DNA of 64,000 bases, from the NCBI GenBank assembly GCA_002792115.1, contig PFNQ01000013.1:7236-71235 (forward strand). The letters are read 5' to 3'. Shown here piece after piece: positions 20,357 to 29,752 of the stretch. Every line of letters starts with the position of its first letter. Position 1 is the stretch's first letter. The position numbers and the translations under genes are program-made. The DNA comes from Candidatus Woesearchaeota archaeon CG_4_10_14_0_2_um_filter_33_13. GTDB lineage: Archaea > Nanobdellota > Nanobdellia > Woesearchaeales > GW2011-AR9. The notes under the pieces were generated by a model. That model was not told the origin of the DNA. It saw nothing but the letters and a program-made list of their open reading frames with translations, and made no database searches.

Positions 20357-23260
20357 CTAGCAGTTGTAATCAACGATCCACGTTGAAATTTTCCCGCCAG
20401 TAAACTGTTGTACTTCATCAAACTTTTCAAAGCACTTCGTTCCAAGACCATCAAAAAAGAATAACTTGGTAAAGGTGCTGTACGCCAGCGACGTGTCAGA
20501 TAACAACGCAGCATACCCATTACCATTTGGAATCAGAATTAAAGATGAACCGATAGTCTGACCATCAAATTTTTGTTCTTTTAACTCTTTTCCTTGTACA
20601 TAAACTAAAGATGCTGGGGAAACATTTTGTCCGTTATTAGTTCTAACTTTAGCAATGGCTTCATTTAAATTGATATCTAATGTAATGGATCCTTGCTGAG
20701 TATTGATCTGGCAGGTTACATTTGCTGAACTACTATTCTGACATTGATTTAACCCAGAATGATAGCTTGGCCATGAAGCAATCCATTGATCGGCATCTGT
20801 GGTTTGTATTTCATAACGAATCCTGTCTGCTTCATCTTCAGTTAAGGAGAAATTTTTAGTTAAATAATTAATTGCATCATCTTTTTTCATATTTTTTGTA
20901 TTTTGATACATAACTGCTTTATCAAAATCCCAGCTTCCAAAATGTCCCCAAACTCCTGCTTTACCCACCATATCTTCTGAGGTGATGTAATAATCGGTTG
21001 GTGCTTCGCAGTGTGTGTATTGAATAACGGAAGCCACTTGATTAGCATTTAATCCATAATCATTTAAGGTTTCAATCGCAGCTTCTTTCTTTTCTACGAT
21101 TATTTTGTTGATTATCTTAATCTCTTTTGGCGTGTCATTGAAAATATTATCTAACTCTATGAATGCACTGTTTTGCCCGCAATTTAACATTCTGATTATG
21201 CCTACTGTTGTTTTTTCATCGCTTGTCAAAAGTGATTTCCCGACCCAATGGGCATCCCATCCAACTTGCATACCTCCATCAAAGGTTGTTGGTCGCTCAG
21301 CTATCGCCATAAACCAGTATCCAAAATCCCACCACGAAGTTATCACTGCTTCAGCGGGAGCTTCGCTATTGATCTTAGTTAAAGTGTTATGCCAAGCATC
21401 ATTCATCGCTGGTACAGAATTGTATGCAGTTGAATATCCTGCCATGCTTGGTTGAATTAATAGCACTCCTAACAATAAAAATACAACCACCTTTGAAATA
21501 GTTAAATTAAGATTTAGTTCTTTATTAGTCCAATTACTAATATAACTCCAAGCTAATCCCAAGAATGCACCGAATAATATTGCCACTATCGGTGCAACCA
21601 TTAAAATAAACCTAACTCCCCTTGTTGTAGTATATAATGCTATAGCTAACCAAAAAGATAAAATTAATGCAATCATCAAATTATTGTTTGATTTATCTTT
21701 AACATTTCTTAACATCAATAAAATAATTCCTACTATCGCTAGAGTAAAAATTAGTTTTCCTCCTACTTGGCTGATTACTTGTGAGAATGGAGCAACATTA
21801 AGCTCTGCTACTGTAGTTAAGATATTTGGCCATAAGGAATCTATTGCTACTGCCTTTAAGTGGATTAATGAATTTATTGGTTCAAACAATCCGCTGTAAA
21901 AAGAGTTAAACGAACTAAATATAGAAACAAAAAGTCCTGAACTTATGAGGTAGGTTCCAAATAGGGACACATTTGAGAAAAAATCATCTTTCTTAATTAG
22001 AGTTTTAAGAGCCTTAGAATTTCTAATTAATTCATAAGCAAAGTATGAAAGCATAGATACTGCAAATATGGAAAAGAAATACCACCAAGCTCCCCACACA
22101 AAACTAAGTAATCCTGTTGCTAAACCAGCTAAGACAGTCCAACCTAATTTCTTCTTTAAATCCTTGCAAGTAATCGCTTCAATTAATAACCACAAAATCA
22201 GTATTGGAAAGAAGACAACGTAAACATCTGTGTCTGAACTTTCTCCGGTGGTTCTGGAAACAAAAAAAGCTGAGACTGCAATTAAAATAGCAACAAAAAA
22301 TCCACCAACATTATTTTTAGTGATTTTTTTACCGATAAAGAATGCAGGAATAACTGTTAATGCTGAGAAGATAGTTCCTATTAAAAAGAAACTAAACATC
22401 AATGGTACGTCTGAAAAAGAACTTAAAAATCGATGTAAAAATGCTCCAAACCAGGTGTGAAAATTTCCCCCTTCTGGTGAACCAGTTGGGTAGGCTCGAT
22501 AAGAATCATAATACTTTCCATCTTTTATTGAATTACCCGGATGACCATTTTCTAATCTATATTCTGTTTGTCTGTAAAAATAATAAGGGTCAATTCCTAA
22601 CAGATATAAAGTTCCCTGATCATCTCTAAACTGATCTTTATATTGTTGTGATACTTGCTTAATATCATTATTAACCTGGTCCTTGTTTTTCTCTTTTAAT
22701 TTTTGCAATTCATTCTGGACTAATGCATCTCTGTTTTGTTGTGGCAAGTTAGGATACTGTTGATTGATCTGGGCGGTAACTTGATTTTGATAAAAATTAT
22801 TAACTGTATTGTCGGCCCATTCATCGGTTATTGACATTCTTAATGGCATGGTTCGTAGATAAACAGAAGCAAACATAGCAATTAAAATAAATAATGCGGG
22901 GATGATCCATTTAGCATTAGTTTTAGCAAAAGTGGTAATTTTTGAAAAATCTACAGAAAGTTCGTCATCATTAACTTCTTTTTTGTGATGTTTATGTTCC
23001 GGATGGGAATGTTTATCTTTATCAGAAGAAGTTAAGCTTTTAAAAAATCGTTTAGCTTTATTTTTTATCTCAGAAAAATCTATTGATAAATCCTCATTAT
23101 CCTTATGAAACTCTTTTTTAACAACTTCTACTTTCCCAAGAGTGATCGTTTTTTTGTCACTATGATGTTGCAAAGTGTCTTCTGTTTTTGTTTCTTCCTG
23201 CTCCTCAGTATTAGAATCAATCTTAATATCTTTAGCCAATTTTCCACCCCAATAATCCAT
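20357..23260 (-). CDS. aglB: Archaeal oligosaccharyltransferase AglB (STT3 family)
   Basis: Polytopic N-terminal domain with EL1 motif GIDPYYFYRQTE and catalytic SWWDFGYW (WWDYG) motif plus large C-terminal globular domain. Confidence 0.85.
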   Translation of the reverse strand: MDYWGGKLAKDIKIDSNTEEQEETKTEDTLQHHSDKKTITLGKVEVVKKEFHKDNEDLSIDFSEIKNKAKRFFKSLTSSDKDKHSHPEHKHHKKEVNDDELSVDFSKITTFAKTNAKWIIPALFILIAMFASVYLRTMPLRMSITDEWADNTVNNFYQNQVTAQINQQYPNLPQQNRDALVQNELQKLKEKNKDQVNNDIKQVSQQYKDQFRDDQGTLYLLGIDPYYFYRQTEYRLENGHPGNSIKDGKYYDSYRAYPTGSPEGGNFHTWFGAFLHRFLSSFSDVPLMFSFFLIGTIFSALTVIPAFFIGKKITKNNVGGFFVAILIAVSAFFVSRTTGESSDTDVYVVFFPILILWLLIEAITCKDLKKKLGWTVLAGLATGLLSFVWGAWWYFFSIFAVSMLSYFAYELIRNSKALKTLIKKDDFFSNVSLFGTYLISSGLFVSIFSSFNSFYSGLFEPINSLIHLKAVAIDSLWPNILTTVAELNVAPFSQVISQVGGKLIFTLAIVGIILLMLRNVKDKSNNNLMIALILSFWLAIALYTTTRGVRFILMVAPIVAILFGAFLGLAWSYISNWTNKELNLNLTISKVVVFLLLGVLLIQPSMAGYSTAYNSVPAMNDAWHNTLTKINSEAPAEAVITSWWDFGYWFMAIAERPTTFDGGMQVGWDAHWVGKSLLTSDEKTTVGIIRMLNCGQNSAFIELDNIFNDTPKEIKIINKIIVEKKEAAIETLNDYGLNANQVASVIQYTHCEAPTDYYITSEDMVGKAGVWGHFGSWDFDKAVMYQNTKNMKKDDAINYLTKNFSLTEDEADRIRYEIQTTDADQWIASWPSYHSGLNQCQNSSSANVTCQINTQQGSITLDINLNEAIAKVRTNNGQNVSPASLVYVQGKELKEQKFDGQTIGSSLILIPNGNGYAALLSDTSLAYSTFTKLFFFDGLGTKCFEKFDEVQQFTGGKISTWIVDYNC

Positions 23261-23319
23261 AAGGGTAGCAAAACTGAGCTTTGTTTATAAAATTTATTAT
23301 CCTCAATAAGGTGCTACAT

Positions 23320-23339
23320 CCAATTTTTCTAGAAATTGG
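23320..23339. promoter_or_regulatory. Near-perfect 20-bp palindrome upstream of aglB TATA
   Basis: CCAATTTTTCTAGAAATTGG centred on TCTAGA, ~60-80 bp upstream of aglB ATG (23260); aglB TATA-like TTTTATAAA at ~23284-23292 (minus). Confidence 0.4.
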
Positions 23340-23363
23340 CACTGCACCATTATTGAGATCTTA

Positions 23364-23438
23364 AAAATGCGGTGTGTTGAAAATCGTTCTGTGATACTCT
23401 GTTCTTTGAGGCAGAATGGAACGATTTTACCGCATTTT
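23364..23438. repeat. Long interrupted inverted repeat in aglB-mbf1 divergent intergenic region
   Basis: AAAATGCGG..GAAAATCGTTC (23364-23389) and GAACGATTTTACCGCATTTT (23419-23438) can pair as ~19-bp two-part stem. Confidence 0.45.
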
Positions 23439-23477
23439 ATGATACTTGAAGCAGGTGTTCGCCGATAAGTTTTAATA

Positions 23478-23987
23478 TTGGTTAAATTTAAATCACTTAT
23501 GGCTGTTTGTGAAATGTGTGGAAAGGATGCGTATTTATCTAGTGTAAACGTTGAAGGGGTAGAACTAAAAGTTTGCCCTAATTGTAGTAAGTATGGTACC
23601 AAAAACCCTTCCCTTGAGCGTAGATTTAACTCGCGAGACCGATTTAAACAAGATAAGTCTTCAAATCGGCAAGAAGTTGAATGGAAGATCATTGAAAACT
23701 TCTCTATTTTACTTAAGAAAGCGAGAGATGAGAAACATTTTACTCAAGAACAATTTGCAAAGTTTATCAATGAACGGGAAAGCGTATTGCAAAAATGGGA
23801 GAATGGCGATCTTAAACCTAGAATTGATGTAGCAAGGAAACTAGAACAAATTTTAAATCTGAACTTAGTTGTTAAGGACAACAAAGACACTAGTGAAGGT
23901 GATGAAGACTTAACCTCAAATCAAAAGAATAAAAAGGCTGCAGAAGAGTTCACGTTAGGAGACTTTATCAAAATTCGTAAAAAGTAA
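23478..23987 (+). CDS. mbf1: Archaeal multiprotein bridging factor 1 (zinc ribbon + HTH_XRE)
   Basis: CEMCG...C.NCSKYG zinc ribbon then HTH (FTQEQFAKFINERESVLQKWENG); true start may be second ATG at 23499. Confidence 0.75.
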   Translation: MVKFKSLMAVCEMCGKDAYLSSVNVEGVELKVCPNCSKYGTKNPSLERRFNSRDRFKQDKSSNRQEVEWKIIENFSILLKKARDEKHFTQEQFAKFINERESVLQKWENGDLKPRIDVARKLEQILNLNLVVKDNKDTSEGDEDLTSNQKNKKAAEEFTLGDFIKIRKK

Positions 23988-24022
23988 TTTTCTGAATAAT
24001 TAGTTGAGAATTATTCGTTTCT

Positions 24023-24880
24023 TCATAAATATATGATTGATAAGGTTAATCCCACCCATATTGCCATCCCTATAACTAAAGGCTTATTTTTAAATACCCT
24101 TTCCGGATGTCTAGCAACATCAGAACCATTATTTATTAAGTTCAAGAATCCAAAGATTAAATAGATCCCTAAAGGGACAGTATAGATGAGAGTTGGGTGT
24201 TCACTAAGAAAGGAGTATAAACAATACGAAACAATTAATAATATCGTAGAGAAGTTCACTAATTGGTTCGTCAGCTGTTTGTTGTAATGTTCTAATATTG
24301 CTCTTGTTCTCTTACCATCGGTTTTCATTAAGCTTAAATCTGCCTGCCTTTTTCCTACAACCAAAAACAATGCTAAGAAAAAAGGGCACAAAATCAACCA
24401 CGGAGAAACCCAAACATCAACTGCTAAAGCTCCAGATAACGCTCGTAAGGCAAACAAACTAGCAATAGTCAGGATGTCTGCGAACAAAACATTCTTTAAG
24501 TAAAGAGTATAAATCTGCGTTAGTACAAATAACAAGATTACAATTAATAAAAATGTTAAGTTAATTGATTTTGCTATCAACAAACCGATTATTAGTAAAA
24601 GCAATAATGCCAAAATTGCTTTATTTAAGCCAATCTTTCCAGAAGCAAGAGGACGGTTTTTCTTCTCTGGGTGCAGGGCATCTTTTTTTCTGTCAACTAA
24701 ATCATTAATAATATATCCTGCCGAAGAAACAAAAGATAGTGAGAAGAAGGCTAAAATGGAAATTAAGAATAGTTCTCCATCAAAAAGTTTCTCAGAAAAG
24801 ATAATCGCCAGGAATACAACTAGGTTTTTGTACCATTGTCTGATTCGCATCAGGTTCAAATAATCTTTGATTTTAGTCAT
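24023..24880 (-). CDS. UbiA-family prenyltransferase (DPPR-synthase-like / DGGGP-synthase-like)
   Basis: YIINDLVDRKKDALHPEKKNRPLASG matches ND..D...D..HP.K..RP.A.G of polyprenyl-phosphate phosphoribosyltransferases; 8 TM. Confidence 0.6.
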   Translation of the reverse strand: MTKIKDYLNLMRIRQWYKNLVVFLAIIFSEKLFDGELFLISILAFFSLSFVSSAGYIINDLVDRKKDALHPEKKNRPLASGKIGLNKAILALLLLLIIGLLIAKSINLTFLLIVILLFVLTQIYTLYLKNVLFADILTIASLFALRALSGALAVDVWVSPWLILCPFFLALFLVVGKRQADLSLMKTDGKRTRAILEHYNKQLTNQLVNFSTILLIVSYCLYSFLSEHPTLIYTVPLGIYLIFGFLNLINNGSDVARHPERVFKNKPLVIGMAIWVGLTLSIIYL

Positions 24881-26309
24881 TTTCTAGAGGAAGATAAATC
24901 TTATAATTGCACGTTTTAATGGTTTTATTAAAGATTTCTTTGTTCTCAATCTCAATTTGGGCCAATAATTCTGCCTTTTCAGATACACATTCGTTATCCT
25001 TAGGCTTACAAATTAGATCACAATCATTGATAAAAATAAGTTGGTATGGTTCTTCTAATTTCCCGTAGATTTTTGCTGCAAATTCCATGCCGTCTAAAGT
25101 GATAATCTTATTATCTAAAAAAGAAACAAAAGATGGGTCTGACGAGACAATTGTTCCAGTAATATTTTTTTCGGTAATAATCTGTTGAATCTCTGTCCTG
25201 AAGGCCGGAGCACTTTCAAAACTAAGGTTAGCTGGCATTGGTACTAGTAATAGCAATAATACAACAAGCAAAAATGCTTTTGGTTTAATAAATGGCTTTT
25301 GCTGTTGTTTTAAATTCTCATAAATCATTAGAATTACTTTTACAGCAAAGAATGCTAAGAAGGGTATAATTATCACCAAGTATCGTGGCTCCTTTCTTGG
25401 AACAATAAAAATAAAATAAACTAGAGTGAGGATCGTTATTGTTAGCGTGATTATACTATGACCTGTTACATCTATTTTCCTCCTAAAGAAAAGATATCCA
25501 TAATAAATTGAGAATAGGAATATTGGGTTACTTAAAAAGAAATGTAAGAAGTAGTAACTCCAACCTTGGCCATATAACCAGGTTGCTGTTCCTACAATCA
25601 TTGATCCAGACAAGAATGGTTCCAAAATGTTTCCGTACTTATACTGATTTAAGATTAAGTATGGGATTAATGGTAATAAAAAACCAACGCCCAAAAAGAA
25701 GATATTTTTAGTCTTCCCCCATAACGTTTCTTTGTTGAATAAAAGAACAATTGCTACTCCTGCAATGTACGTCCAAAGCGTAAATTTAGTTAAGAAAGCC
25801 AAACTTAATAATACTCCAGCGAGAAATATCTTTGTTTTATGTTGATGACCTAATAACAAATAAAGGCCAAGTAACCCAAAAGTCATCGCCAATGGTTCAG
25901 TAAGAATCATTCCGGTATGCATCAGGAATATAGGAGTTACACTAAAGATTAATGATGAGAAGAATGCGGTTTTCTTGTCAGAGACCTGTTTAACAATCTT
26001 GTAAAAAGCAGCAATTGCGATTAGAGAAAATAATAGGTCCAAAATTTTTCCAAAAGCAATTGGGTTTAACCCTAGTTTCCAAATTAAACCGATTAAGAAT
26101 GGATGGATCAACGGACGAAATGATTCCCAAATTCCAATTTCTCCTCCAGTGAAGATATATTTGCCCATACCAATATACACGTGGGCGTCCCACCACAATG
26201 GCCAATTAATTGATAAGTAAAAGATTCTGATCAGAAAACTAAATACTAGAACAAAAAAAAAAGGCTTTTGTTTAATTAGGTTAAACATTCTTTGCAAGTA
26301 TTGTTTCAT
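24873..26309 (-). CDS. GT-C fold membrane glycosyltransferase (PMT_2/ArnT-like)
   Basis: Polytopic, N-terminal loop WPLWWDAHVYIGMGKYI; overlaps UbiA gene by 8 bp. Confidence 0.5.
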   Translation of the reverse strand: MKQYLQRMFNLIKQKPFFFVLVFSFLIRIFYLSINWPLWWDAHVYIGMGKYIFTGGEIGIWESFRPLIHPFLIGLIWKLGLNPIAFGKILDLLFSLIAIAAFYKIVKQVSDKKTAFFSSLIFSVTPIFLMHTGMILTEPLAMTFGLLGLYLLLGHQHKTKIFLAGVLLSLAFLTKFTLWTYIAGVAIVLLFNKETLWGKTKNIFFLGVGFLLPLIPYLILNQYKYGNILEPFLSGSMIVGTATWLYGQGWSYYFLHFFLSNPIFLFSIYYGYLFFRRKIDVTGHSIITLTITILTLVYFIFIVPRKEPRYLVIIIPFLAFFAVKVILMIYENLKQQQKPFIKPKAFLLVVLLLLLVPMPANLSFESAPAFRTEIQQIITEKNITGTIVSSDPSFVSFLDNKIITLDGMEFAAKIYGKLEEPYQLIFINDCDLICKPKDNECVSEKAELLAQIEIENKEIFNKTIKTCNYKIYLPLEND

Positions 26310-26312
26310 TAT

Positions 26313-27050
26313 TTAATTTTCTTCTGTTAGACAGATCTCAGAGTTTTCTAGTGAGTTACAGATCTGTTCTTGTAACTGTTCTTTACTTACAACACCTTCA
26401 AACTTTCTGTTATCAATGATTAGGGTGGGATATTTCTTAACAGTAAATTGTTCCATTACAATATCTACCATTGGTTCACTGTTCTTTAAATCAACATTAA
26501 TTGGAAAGACTAATACTTGTTCCCCAAATTTTTTCTTGAAGTATGTAAGTATGGTTCCTTGGTTTGGACAAGAAGGACAGTCAGCGGAGTAGAAGTAAAT
26601 AATTGGTACAATATCTAAATTACATTTTTTCTTACTTTCTAAGGCTAATAACCAGTAACGGAGGTTGTCGATGGCATAACGCCGCATGATAATGGTTTTT
26701 CTGGCATCAGAAACTTTTTGTTCTTCTTCATAAGCAACAACCTCACTAAGTGATTCAGAAAGGTCGACAACGGCCTCCTTAAGAGTTGTAGATAAGATTG
26801 GACAATTATCGGCATTATTAAATGCGTTGAGATAAAGATATTGCATCTGTAAACTTAAGTATTTAGTTTCTTGTGCTAAATTAACGTCTTCTATTAAGTT
26901 ATATCTATAATCATCTAAAACAAACCCTAATGTTATTCCTAATGAGAATATTAACAAAGTTATCACTCCTGCGATAATATACTTATCCTTACTTATTCTT
27001 CTAAAATTATTTTGATCATTAGTTTTGTCTTGTTTTTTTTCACTTACCAT
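26313..27050 (-). CDS. Membrane-anchored thioredoxin-fold protein
   Basis: N-terminal TM then CPSCP (CxxC) thioredoxin-like motif. Confidence 0.45.
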   Translation of the reverse strand: MVSEKKQDKTNDQNNFRRISKDKYIIAGVITLLIFSLGITLGFVLDDYRYNLIEDVNLAQETKYLSLQMQYLYLNAFNNADNCPILSTTLKEAVVDLSESLSEVVAYEEEQKVSDARKTIIMRRYAIDNLRYWLLALESKKKCNLDIVPIIYFYSADCPSCPNQGTILTYFKKKFGEQVLVFPINVDLKNSEPMVDIVMEQFTVKKYPTLIIDNRKFEGVVSKEQLQEQICNSLENSEICLTEEN

Positions 27051-28333
27051 TTTAGTTTTTTACCTCTAGCAAATTCAAATAGTGATAATAGTAATATCAC
27101 TCCTTTAAGCAAATAATAAAAAAAGAAATAGGGGATTAAAGGAATAAATCCAAACTTAGTCATTCTTTCATTAGCATTTTTATGGGCTAAATAAAAAAAA
27201 GATGCACCAACGACAAAAATAAAGATAATTAAAAAACTGCGCCTAAAATCCATCTGCAAGAAATTAATCAAGTTAAATTTGAAACTTAATGTTTTAAGAT
27301 AAGGTATTATGTTAAATTTTATTGCAATCAAATTCTTTACTCGATTAATCATTGGCAAGAAGATTAAATAAACCGCAATAGTTATCCCTGTTATTGCCAA
27401 TATGTATCCCGCAACATTCTTAATCATCTGCATCATGCCGAAATCACCGTACTTTTTATTGGCGATTAATTCCTTGTATTGGTTAACACAAATTATACTC
27501 CCCAAATACCATCTCCTTCTTTGTCGGTAAAAGGGTTTAACTTCTTTTGGTGCAGTAGTATGAACATAACCATCAAAACATTGCTTTATTTTGTAATGAT
27601 GTTTTTGTAGTCTATAAGCAATCTCCTGATCTTCAGTTATGCTTTTAACATCAAATCCTCCTAATTCTCGGATGATCTTTGTTCTGTATAATGAGAATGG
27701 GCCTGGTGCCACATATAAAGAATCTAATCTGCTAGAAAGTCTTGCAATCAAGATAATTACTAAGTACTCTAACCACTGCACACGTTGTAGTAAATTCTTT
27801 GGTTTGTCAACTTTCATTGCGGGGGTAACAATAGCTAATTTGGGATCATTTTCTTGATCATAGATATTTAACATTTTTCTTAATGTCTGTGGATCTACAA
27901 AAGAATCGGCGTCCAGACAAGCAAAAAAATCTCCCTTCGTTAATTCTAAGGCCTTGTTCATAGATGCAGCCTTTCCTATGTTTTTGTGAGAGATTAACTG
28001 AAAATGTTTTTTATTTTGAATGTATTCCGCGATTATTTTTTTTGTATCGTCCTTAGAACCATCATCAATAACAATAACCTCTAATTTATCTTTTGGGTAT
28101 TCTATTTCATTGATTGATTGTAGTGTTCTCAGTATTGTTTTCTCTTCATTGTACGCAGGGACAAGAATAGAGACAAATGGAAATTTGTTTATTTGAGTGG
28201 AAGATTTTTCTTTTTTGAAAAATTCTCGATTATCCAGATAAACCAATAATAAGAATATTGAAAAGTACAATGATATAGCATACACAATCCATAATAGCAT
28301 ATTTACAAATATATTCATCAGTTTGTACTCCAA
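27044..28333 (-). CDS. Processive GT2 glycosyltransferase (CESA/chitin-synthase-like), membrane integrated
   Basis: ILVPAYNEE, VIDDGSKDDT, DADS and QRRRW (QxxRW) motifs plus flanking TM helices. Confidence 0.75.
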   Translation of the reverse strand: MEYKLMNIFVNMLLWIVYAISLYFSIFLLLVYLDNREFFKKEKSSTQINKFPFVSILVPAYNEEKTILRTLQSINEIEYPKDKLEVIVIDDGSKDDTKKIIAEYIQNKKHFQLISHKNIGKAASMNKALELTKGDFFACLDADSFVDPQTLRKMLNIYDQENDPKLAIVTPAMKVDKPKNLLQRVQWLEYLVIILIARLSSRLDSLYVAPGPFSLYRTKIIRELGGFDVKSITEDQEIAYRLQKHHYKIKQCFDGYVHTTAPKEVKPFYRQRRRWYLGSIICVNQYKELIANKKYGDFGMMQMIKNVAGYILAITGITIAVYLIFLPMINRVKNLIAIKFNIIPYLKTLSFKFNLINFLQMDFRRSFLIIFIFVVGASFFYLAHKNANERMTKFGFIPLIPYFFFYYLLKGVILLLSLFEFARGKKLKW

Positions 28334-28344
28334 AAGTTTTAAGC

Positions 28345-29751
28345 TTAGTCAGCTTTCCCAAACACCCACACCTCAGAATCTTCGTTGGAATGGACTAATT
28401 TAAATCTTTCGTTTTTAAGTAAGAAAAGCAGACCTTGTTCTTTGGGCAAGATTTCTTTCATATATTTGTTAACATATATAATAGAAATGTTGTGTTCTTC
28501 AAGTATTGGAAAAAGTTCGGTAATATACAATGATGCTAATGCTTTATACGTTAGATCTAAGGAAGAAGAATCTTTTTGTTTAAACAACGTTTCCCTTCCA
28601 GAAAAATAATTGATAATAAATGTATTCTCCGGCAAAGATAAGACCTTGCCTTCTTGAGGTATGTTTTGCTGAACCCAATACAAAGATTCTATGTCTCCAG
28701 CAGTTGGTCCATTTTCTTTGACTCTATCTAAATATGTTATTGTGGAGAAAAGCAGACCTAACACTAATAACAAAAACGTGAACTTTTTAAGAGAAATTAA
28801 GTTCCAATCTCGTTGAAATAGTTTTATAATTCCTGTGGCTGCAAAGAAAGAAGTTAACAGGCTTAAATGAAAAATTGCTTGGCTGTTTAACAAATATGCT
28901 CCCAAGGCGAGAGGTAAGAAAAGGTAGAAAATGTAAAAATTTTTCTTCTTCCAAGTTGTGGTTAAACCAATTAACGCTAAGGCTAAGGTAAATATTTTTA
29001 TGCCACTAACACTACCAAAGTCAGATATTAAACTGGCAATCTTCATCTGAAAGTTGAAAGGACCTAGAATGAATGGAATCTTTAAAACCAAATAATTAAA
29101 TAAAGCAATTATTGTAATTGAAGAGATAATCACATAGCCCTGCAAACTAAAATCTTTTTTTATCAAATATAAGTAGCAAGCTAAAATCAGAATCATAAAT
29201 ATGCTACTATATAGGTCAAAAAAAGTTGCCAAAAGAAAAGGAATTATTGATAAATGGTGTTGCCAATTTTCCTTTTGGTAAAAGTAAAATCCTAATAATA
29301 CAAGAGTAATGTAAAAGGAATATGCTGATAATGTACTAAATGTGTAAATAAATGTTGGAGATAGTGATACCATTAACAAAAAGAAGAAAATAACTTTATC
29401 TGAGATAGTTGTTTTTTCAGTTATTTTGAAGAAAAGCCATAATGAAACGATGGCTAGTCCTAATGGCAGTAATATTAACAAGCTCGTGGAAAATAATTCT
29501 GTCGCCAACTGTAACGGCAGATAATAAAATGTGTTAATGTCCCAAGATTGTGCCTTTAAGAGATGGTAATAACTTTCTTCTCCCATCAATATTGGTTTGC
29601 CCAATGAATGATTATACAGTGAAGGAAGTAACAAGACTACTAAAAATAAACATATGAAAAATGTTCTTTGGTTTTTTAGAAAAAAATTGAATATTTTATT
29701 GTTACTGCTAATAATGGTTTGTTCAATTTTAGTATCTTCGGTTTGACTCAT
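28345..29751 (-). CDS. STT3/AglB-like GT-C membrane protein with degenerate catalytic motif (paralog A)
   Basis: EL1-like EESYYHLL; C-terminal region VLSLPENTFIINYFSGRET aligns to the WWDYG region but lacks WWD. Confidence 0.45.
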   Translation of the reverse strand: MSQTEDTKIEQTIISSNNKIFNFFLKNQRTFFICLFLVVLLLPSLYNHSLGKPILMGEESYYHLLKAQSWDINTFYYLPLQLATELFSTSLLILLPLGLAIVSLWLFFKITEKTTISDKVIFFFLLMVSLSPTFIYTFSTLSAYSFYITLVLLGFYFYQKENWQHHLSIIPFLLATFFDLYSSIFMILILACYLYLIKKDFSLQGYVIISSITIIALFNYLVLKIPFILGPFNFQMKIASLISDFGSVSGIKIFTLALALIGLTTTWKKKNFYIFYLFLPLALGAYLLNSQAIFHLSLLTSFFAATGIIKLFQRDWNLISLKKFTFLLLVLGLLFSTITYLDRVKENGPTAGDIESLYWVQQNIPQEGKVLSLPENTFIINYFSGRETLFKQKDSSSLDLTYKALASLYITELFPILEEHNISIIYVNKYMKEILPKEQGLLFLLKNERFKLVHSNEDSEVWVFGKAD

Positions 29752-29752
29752 T

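Noticed and set aside
20311-20526. 71-aa ORF overlapping the 3' end of aglB in another frame
   Set aside because: Same-strand overlap with the long, motif-bearing aglB ORF; no independent signal.
23303-23692. 129-aa minus-strand ORF spanning the aglB-mbf1 intergenic region
   Set aside because: It covers the promoter and palindrome region and runs antisense to mbf1. Its composition and lack of motifs argue it is not coding.
24873-26309. Considered calling this a third degenerate STT3 paralogue
   Set aside because: The first-loop motif WWDAHVYIGMGKYI and overall layout fit PMT_2/ArnT-type GT-C enzymes better. There is no C-terminal region alignable to the WWDYG stretch.
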